Positions 1 to 14,065 of a stretch of DNA of 64,000 bases are shown in pieces. The stretch's first letter is position 1. The number at the start of each line of letters is the position of its first letter. The stretch lies in contig NC_043021.1 in the NCBI RefSeq assembly GCF_006345805.1, positions 13,206,001 to 13,270,000 on the forward strand. Reading direction: 5' to 3'. This stretch comes from Octopus sinensis (Eukaryota). The translations under genes were made by a program, and so were the position numbers. Below the pieces are notes generated by a model, which was not told the origin of the DNA, did no database searches, and saw only the letters and a list, made by a program, of their open reading frames with translations.

Positions 1-301
1 AAACACACACACACACACACACACACACAGATACATGTTTATGTATACATAGGCATGTGTGTGTGTACATGTATTGTATGTGTGTGTCTAGAAGTAGACA
101 TAGGTGTGCACCTTACTTCCCAATGACATGGTCTCAAGTTCATTCCCCACTCGCTGCAGCACCTTTGGGCAAGTTAGCCTACAGCCCTGAACAACATATT
201 TATTTGAGTAGAATTAAGTAGATGGAAACTGAGAGAATCCCATATCGCACACACACACATCCACATACATATATGTGCATACATACACACATATGCATAC
301 A

Positions 302-334
<33 letters not shown>

Positions 335-501
335 GAGCAGGGCTCATTAGCCACCAACGGAGCTGCAAATGCAAAATATAAGTTAGTCCTAGAGCGCACA
401 ATGTTCCTGAAGGTCGGCAATGGTCTTCCTCGATCACAAGTGGATGGCCATCATCATATATATATATATATACACACACACCACACATATACATATATGC
501 A

Positions 502-532
<31 letters not shown>

Positions 533-1384
533 ATTTAGAAGCAAAAGTGGAGATAAGCATAACAGACAGATCAAGTATATTAGGGCAGCAAGCTGGCAGA
601 AATGTTAGCACACGGGGCGATATGCTTAGTGGTATTTCGTCTGTCTTTATGTTCTGAGTTCAAATTCCACCTAGGTCGACTTTGCTTTTCATCCTTTTGT
701 GGTCGATAAATTAAGGACCAGCTGCATACTGGGGTTGATCTAATTGACTGCCCCCTCCCCCACTCTCCAAAAATTTTGGGACTTGTGCCTAGAGCAGAAA
801 AGGATATATGAAGTATATTAAATACACGAAATACAAAAATGTCTATATATATATATATATAAAGGTTCAACGTACACAGAGTACAAACACTAGTGTAGCT
901 AGAGTGTGTGCTGCCCAGGGTGGCCCTTCTGTTTGCCACCCCCTGGACCCCACAAAAAACACATATTGACTACAGCAGAACCCAAAGTGGTGTGCCTTTA
1001 AAAGTGCACCACCCCTAGCTATGCTAGTGAGTGCAAAGGATATAGAAAATAAAGGGGTGGAAAAGAACTGAACCATATACATCTAACCCCCTCCACTTCA
1101 CTTTGAAGGACCACAAACCCAACTTCTTCACTAAGCCTTCTTCTTTCTTCCACCCTTTAATTTTCTATATCGTTTGTACTCTATGCAAGTTGGACCCTTT
1201 TTATATGTCTACATATACACATATTTTGTGTCTCATGTATTTAATATACTTTACATATCGATCTGTCTTACTTTGTTTATCCTTACATTTAGTTCTGTAG
1301 CTGCTCAAGTTAAAATCTCTTGAGCACTCACTACTAAGTGTATTCTATACTGAGAACATTTTGCTCTCATCTATGAACTATATA

Positions 1385-1582
1385 TGTGACCGCGTGTGTA
1401 TCATTGGTGATTTTTTTCCTCCGTCTTCCCTGCCTTGGACCTTTCTTTTTCTATGTTTCTGACGAAGAGCTCCGCTCAAAACGTTAAATCCTCCTTCTTT
1501 CTTTCCTTTCCTGAGCATCCAATAACACTATACTTGTTCCAACAACACGTGCTTTCTCTTTGTGTTTCCATGTTTGGATTAA
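1385..1582 (+). mobile_element. Penelope-like terminal-repeat fragment (hammerhead GAAA mutated)
   Basis: Same sequence family as 41060-41275; motif at 1455-1489. Confidence 0.55.
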
Positions 1583-3404
1583 CACACACACACACATCTG
1601 CTGGTTTTCTTTCAGTTTCCATCTGCCAGATCCATTGACAAGGCTTTGGCTGGCCCAAGGTTATACTAGAAGAGACTAGTATATGATGATGATATATATA
1701 TATATAGGCACAGGCATGACTGTGTGGTAAAAAGCTAACTTCCCAACCATATAGTTCCGGGTTCAGTCCCATTGTGTAGCACCTTGGGCATGTGCATTCT
1801 ACTGCAGCCTCAGCTGAAAGAGGTCCAAGGTGCTACACAGTAGGACTGAACTCAGAACCATGCCATTTGGAAGCAAGCTTCTTGCCATACAGCCATGCCT
1901 ACACCTGTATATAAACATGCATACACATGTATACACACACACATACACACATCTGATGGGCTTCTTTCAGTTTCTGTCTACCAAATTCAATCACCATGCT
2001 TTGGTTGGCCCGAGACTATAGTTGAAGACGCTCGCCCAAGGTACCATGCAGTGAGACTGGACCCAGAACCATGCCGTTGGGAAGCAAGTTTCTTACCACA
2101 CAGCCATGCCTGCACCTATATGTACACATACATACATACATACATACATACATACATAAATGCGCATACGATCACTCTTAGTAATCTTCACTAGACAGCT
2201 TCCATTCCCATAAGAAATGGTTTACTTCTCAACCATTCCACACCCAAGAACATTCAGTCTGCTCGCCAAACTCCATATCTTGTGAGAAATCACAGCAAAA
2301 TTCTTCAGCTATGCCAGTCGTTTTCACAGAAAATTTTTTTTAGAAAAAAAAGAATTGTTTTTTTTTAAATTTCATAACTTTAAAGCAAATGCATGTTTGC
2401 TTTAACTTCTTAAATATTTGGCACCCATCCCCAATTTCTTTAGACAGCAGCTTTTACCATTTTTACTGTCTGTAATTCCATGAAAGTGTTCCCTTTTTTT
2501 ATACTTCCAGACTATTGTTTAGCATCTGGGATCAGCTTTAATCTAATAGGCTTCTGATGAAAAATATTTGCTTGTTTTGCAGACATAATAGGTGCAGGAA
2601 TGGCTGTGTACTAAGAAGCTTGCTTCCGAACCATATGGTGCTTGGTTCAGTCCCACTGTGTGGCACCTTGGGAAAGACTCTTATGCTATAGCCTCAGGTC
2701 GACCAAAGCCTTGTGAGTGGGCTTGGTAAATGGAAACTGAAAGAAGCCTATTGTATATATATGTATATATATTTGTGTTTGTGTTTATCTTTGTGTTTCT
2801 CAGCAATTCCAGTTTTTTTCCACAGGAAAAAAAATTTGCGAAAAAGAATTTAAGAAAAAATTTTGTAATTTATAAAGCAAATGAAGGTTCATTTTAACTT
2901 CTTAAATATTTGGCACCCATCCCCAATTTCTTTAGAGAGCAGCTTTTACCATTTTTACTGTCTGTAATTCCAGGAAAGTGTTCCCATTTTTTTTTTTGAC
3001 ACTTCCAAACTGTTGCTTAGCTTCTGGGGTCAGCTTTAATCTAATAGGCTTTTGTTTTGCAGACATAGTAGGTGCAGAGATGGCTGTGTACCAAGAAGCT
3101 TGCTTCCTAACCATATGGTTCCTGGTTCAGTCCCACTGCGGGGCATCTTGGGAAAGACTCTTATACTATAACTTCAGGTCAACCAAAGCCTTGTGAGTGG
3201 ACTTGGTAAACGTAAACTGAAAGAAGCCCATTGCTTTCTATTTTGTTTGTTTCGCAAACATAGCAGATGCAGGCGTGGCTGTATGGGAAGAAGCTTGCTT
3301 GCCAGCCACATTGTTCTAAGTTCAGTCCCACTGTGTGGTACCTTGAGCAAGTCTCTTCTACTATAGCTTCAGGATTTGGTAACAAGTAAAAGACCAAGCA
3401 AAAG

Positions 3405-3446
<42 letters not shown>

Positions 3447-3799
3447 TACACACACACACACACACATATATATATTATATACATATATCACCATGATCAC
3501 CGTGACCGACCAGGCTATCAGAAGTTGCTACACATCGCTGGTTACAATGAGCTTCACATTGTTTTAGCCTTCAAATGACGCCATCCCACTGGCTAAGCGA
3601 GCAGGCCAACAGACGAAAGAGTGAGAGAAAGTTGTGGCAAAAGAGTACATCAGGGATCGCCACCACTACCTGCAGGAGCCTCGTGGAGCTTTAGGTGTTT
3701 TCGCTCAATAAACACTCACAACACCCGGCCTGGGGATCGAAACCACAATCCTACGACCGCGAGTCCACTTATCTAACCACTGGGCCATTGCACCTCCTC

Positions 3800-3835
<36 letters not shown>

Positions 3836-3904
3836 CACACACATATATATATATATATATATTGATTTCACTTAGGCATAGCAATACTAATAACCAGTTA
3901 TTAG

Positions 3905-4120
3905 AACTCAATATATGAATATAAATATAAATATATATATATAAATATATATATTATATATAAATATATATTTTATAAATTAAATATTATATATATATAA
4001 ATATATATATTATAAATATAAATATATATATATAAAAATATATATTTATAAATATAAATATAATATATAAAAATATATAATATAAATATATATATTTATA
4101 AATATAAATATATATATATA

Positions 4121-4154
<34 letters not shown>

Positions 4155-4427
4155 AATATATTATATAAATTATATATATATATATAAATATAATATAATA
4201 TATATATATATATAAATATATATTAATATATAATATATTATATAAATATATTATATAAATATATATATATAAATATATATATACTAAATATATATATATA
4301 TAAATATATATATATATAAATATATATATATATAATAATATATATATATATATATTATATATATATATATATAATATATATATATATAGAATAATATAAA
4401 TATATATATATAAATAATATTATATAC

Positions 4428-4469
<42 letters not shown>

Positions 4470-4557
4470 TATATATTAATATAAATATATATATAATAAT
4501 ATATATAATATATATATATATATAATATATATATATATATATAATATATATAAATAT

Positions 4558-4600
<43 letters not shown>
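3905..4600. repeat. ~700-bp almost pure A/T degenerate (TA)n tract
   Basis: Direct reading shows only a handful of G/C bases. Confidence 0.95.
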
Positions 4601-4602
<2 letters not shown>

Positions 4603-5200
4603 GCTTCTGAAGGAAGTATTAATTATTGTAGTCTTAGTGACCCTGTTTGAATGAAACAAACTGGTGTGGTCAGGAACTAGAACTGCTTCTCATCATACAT
4701 TTGCCACATAACTGCTGACCTGGTCCCTGATTATACATACCACAGCAACTTCTATAAACCTCAGAGAGAAGATATCTGGTGCATATCTCCACAGATATGT
4801 AATGAAGAACTTGTTCTACCTCTTTATCTAATACACCCATATAACATACATAACTTTGCTGGTGTTCCTAGTATTTAGGTTAACAACAAAGCCAAGTTTG
4901 TAACTCTGCCTTTGTGGGGGTCCTTCTGTACTTCTGCACGCTTGGTTATCCTTTTTTGTCTTTTTTTCCCTCCTTTCTTTATGCTTTTTTTAGTGGTATT
5001 TATTCTTTGTTATTGCTTTATTTTATTTTTTTGTTTGTTTTGCTACCATATGTGAAGTATTTGTGTGTGTGTGTGTGTGTGATTATTTATTCATGCATAT
5101 GTATTTACATGTGTATGCATGTATATGTACTTATAGATATATGTGTACATTCATATATAAATATGCATTCAGTACATACATTATTTTATATGTACACACA

Positions 5201-5242
<42 letters not shown>

Positions 5243-5444
5243 TTTTATTTGTTTCAGTCATTTGACTGCAGCTGTGCTGCAGCACTGCCTTCAGTCGAAC
5301 AAATCGACCCCAGGACTTATTCTTTGTAAGCCTAGTACTTATTCTATCGGTCTCTTTTGCTAAACTTTTAAGTTATGGGGATATAAACACATCAACTTTG
5401 ATTGTAAAGCAATGATGGGTGACAACCACAGACACACAAATATA

Positions 5445-5508
<64 letters not shown>

Positions 5509-5658
5509 TTTTTCACTTGAGGCTGTAGTTGAAGGCACATGTCCAAGGTGTTACACAATGGGACTGAACCCGGAACCGTGTGGTTGGGAAGCTACCTTTT
5601 TACCGCACAGCCATGCCTGTGCCTACATATATATACACACATATATATACATGCAAAC

Positions 5659-6245
5659 TGGCATGCTCCACGGCAGTGAAACTTAGGCTGTGACTGCTGA
5701 GGACATGCATAGGCTCGAAAGAAATAAGGCTAGCATGATCCGCTGGATGTGTAATGTCAGTGTGCACACACGACAGAGTGTGAGCGCCCTGAGAGAAATG
5801 TTGGACATAAGCATTGGATGTGGCGTGCAAGAGAGACATTTGCGCTGGTATGGTCATGTACTATGGATGGATGAAGAGAGATATGTGAAGAAGTGCCACT
5901 CCCAAACAGTTGAAGGAATCCGGGGTAGAGGTAGGCCCAGGAAGACATGGAATGAGGTGGTGAAGCATGACCTTCGCACATTGGGCCTCATGGAGGCAAT
6001 GAAGAAAGACTGAGACCTCTGGCGATATGTTGTAACTGTGAAGACCCAGCAAATAAAGTGAGTTCACAGCTGTAACCAATACCAGTGTTGCATAACCAGC
6101 CCCAGCCCATTCAAAAGTACCTTGGATCGTAGGGCAACATGCTGTGCTTGAGGAGACGCATTGAGTCAAGTACATCAACATCAAAATTAAATGGAAATTG
6201 TAGTTGTGATCCCTGTACTGGTGGCATGTAAAAAGCACCATCCAA
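5659..6245 (+). mobile_element. RTE-clade LINE 3' fragment (ORF2 C-terminus and 3' UTR)
   Basis: RLERN.ASMIRWMCNVS...LRWYGHV..MDEER.VKK...RGRGRPRKTW is the typical RTE ORF2 end. Confidence 0.88.
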
Positions 6246-7078
6246 ACATGGCTGACGTTTTTTGTTAAAAGTATTCTTTTCAACTCTACAAATATAATGC
6301 TGATATAATGCATTCTTCCAGGAGTGAATAAAGAATTCTCAAACTTGAGAGGATGGGCCCCTTAGATACTAACACGGGACCCTATATATGGATTCTAATG
6401 GTGTAGGGGCCTACTTGCCATTGGGCAAGCTGGCAACTTGGCCAGTTTTCCACTGCTTATGTCAATACAAGAAATGCTTGAACCTTGACCCACTCTGTTG
6501 CTTCTGCTAAATAATAATAATATATATATAGAGAGAGAGATGCAGGAGTGGTTGTGTGGTAAGTAGCTTGCTTACTAACCACATGGCCCCACATGGTCCT
6601 GAGTTCAGTCCATTTGAGTGGCACCTTGGGCAAGAGTCTTCTACAATAGCCTCGGGCCAACCAAAGCCTTGTGAGTAGATTTCGTAAAGAGAAACTGAAG
6701 GAAGTCCATAATGTGTGCGTGCGTGTGTGTGTGTTTGTCCCTACCCCCACATCACTTGACAACCGATGTTGGTGTGTTTACGTCTCCGTAACTTAGTGAC
6801 AAAAGAAACCAATTGAATAAGTACTAGGCTGGCAAAGAATAAGTCCTTGGGTTGATTTGTTCGACTAAAAGGCGGTGCTCCAGCATGGCTGCAGTCAAAT
6901 GACTGAAACAAATAAAAGCATAAAAGAATATATAGCTTGCTAACTAACCACATGGTTCCGGGTTCAGTCCCACTGCGTGGCATCTTGGGCAAGTGTCTTC
7001 TGCTATAGCCCCGGGCTGACCAATGCCTTGTGAGTGGATTTGGTAGACGGAAACTGAAAGAAGCCTGTCGTATATATG

Positions 7079-7111
<33 letters not shown>

Positions 7112-7590
7112 TTGTGTGTCTGTGTTTCTCCCCCTAGCATTGCTTGACAACTGATGCTGGTGTGTTTACGTCCCCATCACTTAGCGGTTCGGCAAAAGAG
7201 ACCGATAGAATAAGTACTGGGCTTACAAAGAATAAGTCCCGGGGTTGATTTGTTCGACTAAAAGGCGGTGCTCCAGCATGGCCGCAGTCAAATGACTGAA
7301 ACAAATAAAAGCATAAAAGAATATATATATATATATGATCTTGCAGATTACTGACACAATTAATGATGGTGGAAGTTTACAGGTGAGGATGTCTGTCTGT
7401 TTGTCTGTGCCCACGCTGGTGCCAGAGAAATCAGATTAGAATATAAACAACTTAACGTTTACCGGCAGGAAATTAGATTCTTTTATCGCACCATGAAATA
7501 TTGACAGAGAGTCAGAAGTGGGTGGAAGGAGTGGCGAATGGAGCGGATGGCTCTACTCACATAATCTTCAAATCTTTCCTCACCTATCTT

Positions 7591-7632
<42 letters not shown>

Positions 7633-8649
7633 GTCATCCACATCAATAGCAGCACCCTCCTTCCTCCTCCTCACCATCACACCTTATACTGCCACTGCTA
7701 CCTGCAACCATTATCACCATGCCTATCATCATCTCATTCACTAATATCCCACCCACCTCTTCTGCCACGCCCATCTCTGTTATATCTATATCTACATCAC
7801 ACCCACATCTACTATTGCCACACCTACAAATACCACAGCCACTATTGCTATATTCATCTTTATGACTACCACCACCATGTCAAACCACACCTATAACTGC
7901 CACACCCACTTTTATGACAGGCAATGCTTCTATTACACACCCATCATAATCACATCCACTGCTGCCTTGCCCATCATTATGACAAACACCATAACCACAC
8001 CCACTACCACATATTACTATATTCATTAATATATGCAAAAAAACATTGAAACTTGATTTTTATAGGTATATATATAAAAATACAAAATGGGACAAGAACG
8101 CAAAACATTCAAATAGATGATACAAAAAATATGGACGGGTCATTCCAAGCTTCTAATCTTCAGTCAAGAACCGAATCATCCTCGCAATTTCGGCTGATTA
8201 ATCTTGAGATTGCTCCGATCTGGCCAGCCCCAAGGAAAAACTAAGCTACGAGCATTAGATTTCTTGGAAAAAGGATCGAATGTATACGAAACAAGGACAG
8301 AAAAACGGACGATGTTACACGAATATAAATACAAAAAAACAAAAAATAATATGAATATAAATACAAAAAACAATAATAATAATAATAACAGGACATAACA
8401 ACAGGCGTCTTTCGACTTAGACGAATTGAATTCAGCTGGTGTATTTGGAAAATAATGCCTTACGGCAGACGAAGGAATCAATGTTATCGTGGCGCTGGTC
8501 CGGAGCGAAAAGGCTATAAAAGGAATTAAAGAGAGGGAGAAGAGAGAGAAAAAGAGGAACAAAGGTATTAAGGAGGGGATGGTATTATATGGGTATGGCC
8601 ATCTTTTGCCAGTTAAACACATGCGCTATTTATCTGATCATCACATTAG

Positions 8650-9216
8650 TTTTATTATTATTGAGTGAGAGAGCAGTGCATACCATCAAAGTGACACTGG
8701 GGTAAAATATACGAAGCCCAGTATACCCATCATCACCACCTGTCGGATAAGGGTATACCAGGCACATGCATCACAACCATGTGTGCATGATATGCTGACC
8801 TCATATTAAGATAAACAGCGCAAAACCTTGCAGGTGGGGTCCATTTAGAATTTTCTTCAGGTTGTGTAGCCCATCCTGCTCAAAAGGTCCCTGAATAAGG
8901 GTTGTTTAAGGATGTTGAACAAAGCACCCATGTTTCCAAAGGCGAATTATTCAAACCCCGAAGAATTCCTCTTCATACATGGCTGTGATGCTCCCCAAGT
9001 ACTTCTGTTCATGATCAGAGATGCACTTATCGTCAACCACTAAGGGACATATGCAACTGGTTAAGGTCAAACAACTGACAAGCAAATCTGTGGTATTGAG
9101 CAGAATATTTGCTGTTGCCCATCTTTTATACCAAGACAAAACAATGTACATGATAACACTTCCAATCAGTTAAGATCAGAAGCCATGAGAGCCACTGCCT
9201 GGTACTACATCAGGGC

Positions 9217-9225
<9 letters not shown>
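8650..9225 (-). mobile_element. ~570-bp non-coding element embedded in a (TAA)n microsatellite
   Basis: Flanked by (TTA)n on both sides; the minus-strand end reads ...ctctctcactcaataataataa. Family unassigned. Confidence 0.45.
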
Positions 9226-9274
<49 letters not shown>

Positions 9275-10270
9275 TGAAAGGCACCGAGCTGGTCAAAGGC
9301 AGTGAACTGGCAGAATTGTTAGCACGCCAGGTTAAATGCTTAGTGGTATTTCGTCCATCGCTATATTCTGATTTCAAGTTCTGCCAAGGTCAACTTCGCC
9401 TTTCATCATTTTGGGGTTGATAAATTAAGTACCAGTTGAACACTGGGGGGCAATGTAATCGCCTAGTCACCTCCCACTAAATTTCAGGGTTCATGCCTTT
9501 ACTAGAAAGGGTTATCATTAGTGTTATGGCAGAATCGTTAGCACACTGGGCAAAATGCTTAGCAGCATTTCGTCTGCTGCTACATTCTGAGTTCAAATTC
9601 TGCTGTGGTCGACTTTGCCTTTCATCCTTTCGGAGTTGATAAAATATGTACCAGTTGAGTACCGAGGTCAATGTCATTGACTATCCCTCTCCCCCAAGTT
9701 TCAGGCCTTGTGCCTTTAGTACAAAGGATTATTATCATCATCATCATCATCATCATCATTTAGCGTCCGTTTTCCATGCTAGCATGGGTTGGACGGTTTA
9801 ACTGGGGTCTGTGAAGCCGGAAGGCTTCATCAGGCCCAGTCAGATTTGGCAGTGTTTCTACGGCTAGATGCCCTTCCTAACGCCAACCACTCCGCGAGTG
9901 TAGTGGGTGTTTTTTACGTGCCACCTGCACAAGTGCCAGACAGAGCTGGCACAAAGGCCACGAACGGATGGTGCTTTTACGTGTCTATTATTATTATTAT
10001 TATTAAATTCCGCTGATGTGAACTTCTTTAACTTACAGCTGTTTCTGCTACAAGATACAGTGCCCCCAGAGCTGAGTGCTTGTGCATCACCTGATACCTT
10101 CCTCAGAGCTTCTAAAAGGAGGTGCAAGTTCATTTGGGAAAGCCTTTATATATATACATCTAGAAAAGATCACCATTGAAAAATATAAAAATACGTAAGT
10201 AATTTAGTACACTGAATTTTAACACCAGGTTATTAGTATGCTATGCCTAAGCAGATCATTAATATATATA

Positions 10271-10500
10271 TATTGGGTTGGTGCATAATTCTTGCGGCTT
10301 TTTTAAGAAAATTTTATTCAACACGAACAATAACAACGTGTAACAAAAACATCTTTAAATGATTATTCCGGAGCATATTCACCATCTACTTCAATTACTG
10401 CTTCCCATTCGCTTGGCAGACGATCAGACCGTCATTCAAAGATGTTTTTGCTAAATATTGTTATTGTTTTTGTTGAATAAAAGAGTTAGTATTTAGCAAG
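10271..10500 (-). mobile_element. Mariner transposon remnant (one TIR and transposase C-terminus)
   Basis: TA + TTGGGTTGGTGCATAATTCTTGCGGCTTTTT resembles Hsmar1/MADE1-type TIRs. Minus strand encodes DRLPSEWEAVIEVDGEYAPE* (stop 10365-10363), like the mariner C-terminal KLPERWQKVIE.NG.Y. Confidence 0.75.
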
Positions 10501-11523
10501 TACGGTTTTCTTTTTAAATATTTACCAAATTCTTATCCAGTCACAGCTTTGTTTATCAGAATGTGTTTGTGCAAATGCGTGCACGACAGGACTGTACACA
10601 GAAATTGTAGTTCAGAAAAGCCGGGGGAGGTGAAATTTGTAAAATTTATAATTTGGGGGAAGGAGAGACTGAGGTGGAGATTTTAAATCTGAAAAAAGTA
10701 GTTTTAAAAAAGCAATTTCGGAAAATGTTCGAGATTTAAAATTTTGTCGGGGTGAGGGAGAGGGGGAGGCGAAACTTATAAAGGTGTTTTTTTTTTGTTT
10801 TTTTTTGCATATTCGTAATCTCCGACACCTAAAACGAAGGAATCCGAAAACATTTTTCTTTTCAAAAAAGTGCATTTTTCAAGAAGTGCGGATTTTGCAA
10901 TTAGCCCCATAAATAAACAATAACAAGGTTACAGTTCGCAAGGAAAGTTAAAAAATAAAAAGAAGCTGTTTTAAGATTGAAAATAATTAGAAAAATAATT
11001 TTAAAATAATTATTGCTTACCTCTTCTGATTAATTATAATTGCATATAACAAGATTATGACAAAATACAATTTTCAAGACACGAAAATATTCGTAAAGAT
11101 TTCCCTGAAGCCTTAAATTACATACAAACTATGTAAATATAGTCGTACATTCAGCCTTAAATTATATTTTCGAGTATCTGTAGCACATATATACAATCAT
11201 TATACGCACCGCGCACAACCGTTTTAAAAAAGTTTGTTGCTTTGAAGAATTGGCAAAAATTGAAAATATTTTGAACTCACAGGTTTTATGTTCCAAGGGA
11301 AATAACTCCTTTAAAATTCAAGGGCAGCAACTGTGCACACCGAATAAATTAAAAATACCAAAATACAGCACTGCACCTTTTATCCGGCTTTCAGAAATCC
11401 GGTGATACTGTATAATACCATGCACTTTACTGTAACCCTCTTCCCTGTATTGTGTGAATAAACCCTGTCTTTGAAGTCGGTTTATTTGCATACGGTGTGT
11501 TAAAATTACATTTGTTCTTTGCC

Positions 11524-12275
11524 TCATCATCATCGTTTAATGTCCGTTTTCCATGCTAGCATAGGTTGGACGGTTCGACCAGGGTCTGGGAAGCCAGGAG
11601 GCTGCGCCAGGCTCCTGTCTGATCTGGCAGAGTTTCTACAGCTGGATGCCCTTCCTAACGCCAACCACTCCGAGAGTGTGGGTGCTTTTCACGTGCCAGT
11701 GGAGGCTGGCAACGGCCACGTTCTGTTGGTGCTTTTTACGTGCCATCGGCACGGAAGCCAGTCAAGGCAGCGCTGGCATCGGCCACGTTCGGATGGTGCT
11801 TTCTATGTACCACCGGCACGGGTATCACAACTGTAATTTCCATTTGATTTTCATTTTGATGTTGATGTTCTTGACCGAATAGGTCTCCTCAAGCACAGCA
11901 GGTCACACAACAATCCAAGGTAAGCACAGCAGGCCGTCCTGCGATCCAAGGTACTTTGGATGGGCTGGGGCTGCTATGTGAAGCTGGTGCAGGAAACAGC
12001 TATGAACTCACATTATTTGTCGGGTCTTCACAGTCACAGCATATCTCCAGAGGTCTCGGTCTTTCATCATTGCCTCTGTGAGGCCCAACGTTTGAAGGTC
12101 ATGCTTCACCGCCTCATCCCATGTCTTCCTGGGCCTACCTCTACCCCGGATTCTTTCAACTGTTTGGGAGTGGCACTTCTTCACACATCTCTCTTCATCC
12201 ATCCGTAGTACATGACCATACCAGCGCAAACATCTTTCTTGCACGCCACATCCGATGCTTCTTATGTCCAGCATT
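11524..12275 (-). mobile_element. RTE-clade LINE 3' end with (GAT)n tail
   Basis: ORF 12008-12274: LRWYGHVLRMDEERCVKK...GRGRPRKTWDE...DRDLWRYAV. It runs into the 3' UTR ending cggacattaaacgatgatgatg. Confidence 0.88.
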
Positions 12276-12489
12276 TTTATGTGGATTAATAAAGACTAAA
12301 CATTCTGCTTTAAAATTGTATCAATTTGTCCCAATGTCTGTTAAATAAAAACATTTGTTTTTGTATTTTTCAATTTCCTTCACTTTATTTTCATCCCATA
12401 AACATTATACTGCATACATGGGACACTAAGACTTATTTTAAGAATTTGAAGTGGATTATTATAAATAATAATAATATAATAATAATAAT

Positions 12490-12845
12490 AATAATGAAAT
12501 TATTGCATACAGTGCTCAGGTGCACCACAACTTGTCAAAAGTGCATATAAAGAACATGCAGTAATGTACAAATGTCTAGGAAGTTAACAGTGTATGAGTC
12601 AGATACATGCTTGCGTGTGTATGGAGAGGAGAAAATCAGGTGTAGTGTTGGCGAATCTCAGGAAGCATGGAAGTTTTGAAGGATGCACTGCTCCGACAAC
12701 TAACAACTGATGTCGGCAGTTTGTTCCATGCTTCAGCAACTCTTAGCATGAAAAAATGTTTCCTAAAGTCATGGGAGCTGTGCTGTTTTCTGACTTTGTA
12801 AACATGTCCACGGGTGTTAGACAGGTGGAGTTTGAAAACTATCAA
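12490..12845 (-). mobile_element. CR1/L2-like LINE 3' end
   Basis: NTRGHVYKVRKQ...RKHFFMLRVAEAWNKLPTSVVSCRSSASFK is the CR1-type ORF2 terminus; (TAT)n tail. The same 3' UTR occurs at 21170-21350 (+). Confidence 0.85.
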
Positions 12846-13907
12846 ACAAACCCTGCTTTAGAAATCTATTTTATATTTCATATTTTAAGTATTTATTTAA
12901 CAATAAATTTAAACTGTTCCCCCACAAATCAGAAAATTTGGAAATTCTGGACACTTCCGATCCCAAGTTTGCTGCATAATTGGTCTGGAACTGTATGGGA
13001 AGTGTGATACTTTAATGATTTTAAATTGGTAATAACATGGCTTCTTTCTCTCCTGTCCTCATAATCAAGCTGGTTACATGCGAGGACTTTAGGTGTTCTT
13101 TGTCACTCATTCTGACGACGTGTGTGTGTGTGTGTGTGTAGGAAGGGCATCCAGCCATAGAAACCAAGCCAAAACAGGTTACAGAACCTGGTGTGGCCCC
13201 TGGCCTTGCCAGTTTTTGTCAAGCCATCCAACCCATTCCAGCATGGAAAAGAAATACTAAATGCTGTTGAAGATGATGATGATGACGATGGAATTTTTGA
13301 TAAAAGTTTTTATTAACAGTTTGGAAAAAAAAAGACAGAAAAGTGTAAGAATTATTTTGAAGAATTTTATTTATTATAAAAACCAACATACAAAAATTGC
13401 AAATAAGTATAATAATTTACAAGATTATCAATGATTTTAGAGACATTTTTTTTCTTTTTCATCTTTTTTGGCTGTTTTTACAATTCATTTTTTTCAAGTC
13501 CAATCATTATTGTTTTTTTGTTTTGTTTATATTTAATTTTTTTTTTTTAATATTTTTAACTTTCCTTGCATCAGTTTTACAGTTTAGTGAGCTTTATTTG
13601 TTTTGATTAGCATTCATTTTGAATAACTCATGCTCTCTTTCTCTCTCTCTCTCACTTACTCACATACATCAGTATGCTTTCACTCTCTCTGTCTCTGTCT
13701 TTCTTTCTCTCTCTCTCTTCACAGCTCTAAACAGAGACACACACAAGACTCTAACTTAATGGTGACCTTACAGCTACAGGTTGAATGTCACCTCCTCCTT
13801 TCATTATTTGTGTGCAGTTTGTTGATTGTATGGTTACATTCAACCTCACCAATGTTAGGGTCCAAACCACCAGCAGGTAACCCAGAACTTGTGGGTTTCA
13901 GTTTAAA

Positions 13908-13939
13908 ATAGATAGATAGATAGATGGATAGATTAGATG

Positions 13940-14026
<87 letters not shown>

Positions 14027-14065
14027 TAGATAGATTAGATAGATAGATAGATAGACAGACAGACA
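13908..14065. repeat. (TAGA)n tetranucleotide microsatellite
   Basis: Direct reading. Confidence 0.95.

Noticed and set aside
7483-7680. Poly-Asp ORF with a GTGAGT donor on minus
   Set aside because: It derives from a (CAT)n repeat. The frame is closed by TAA just upstream and has no usable acceptor.
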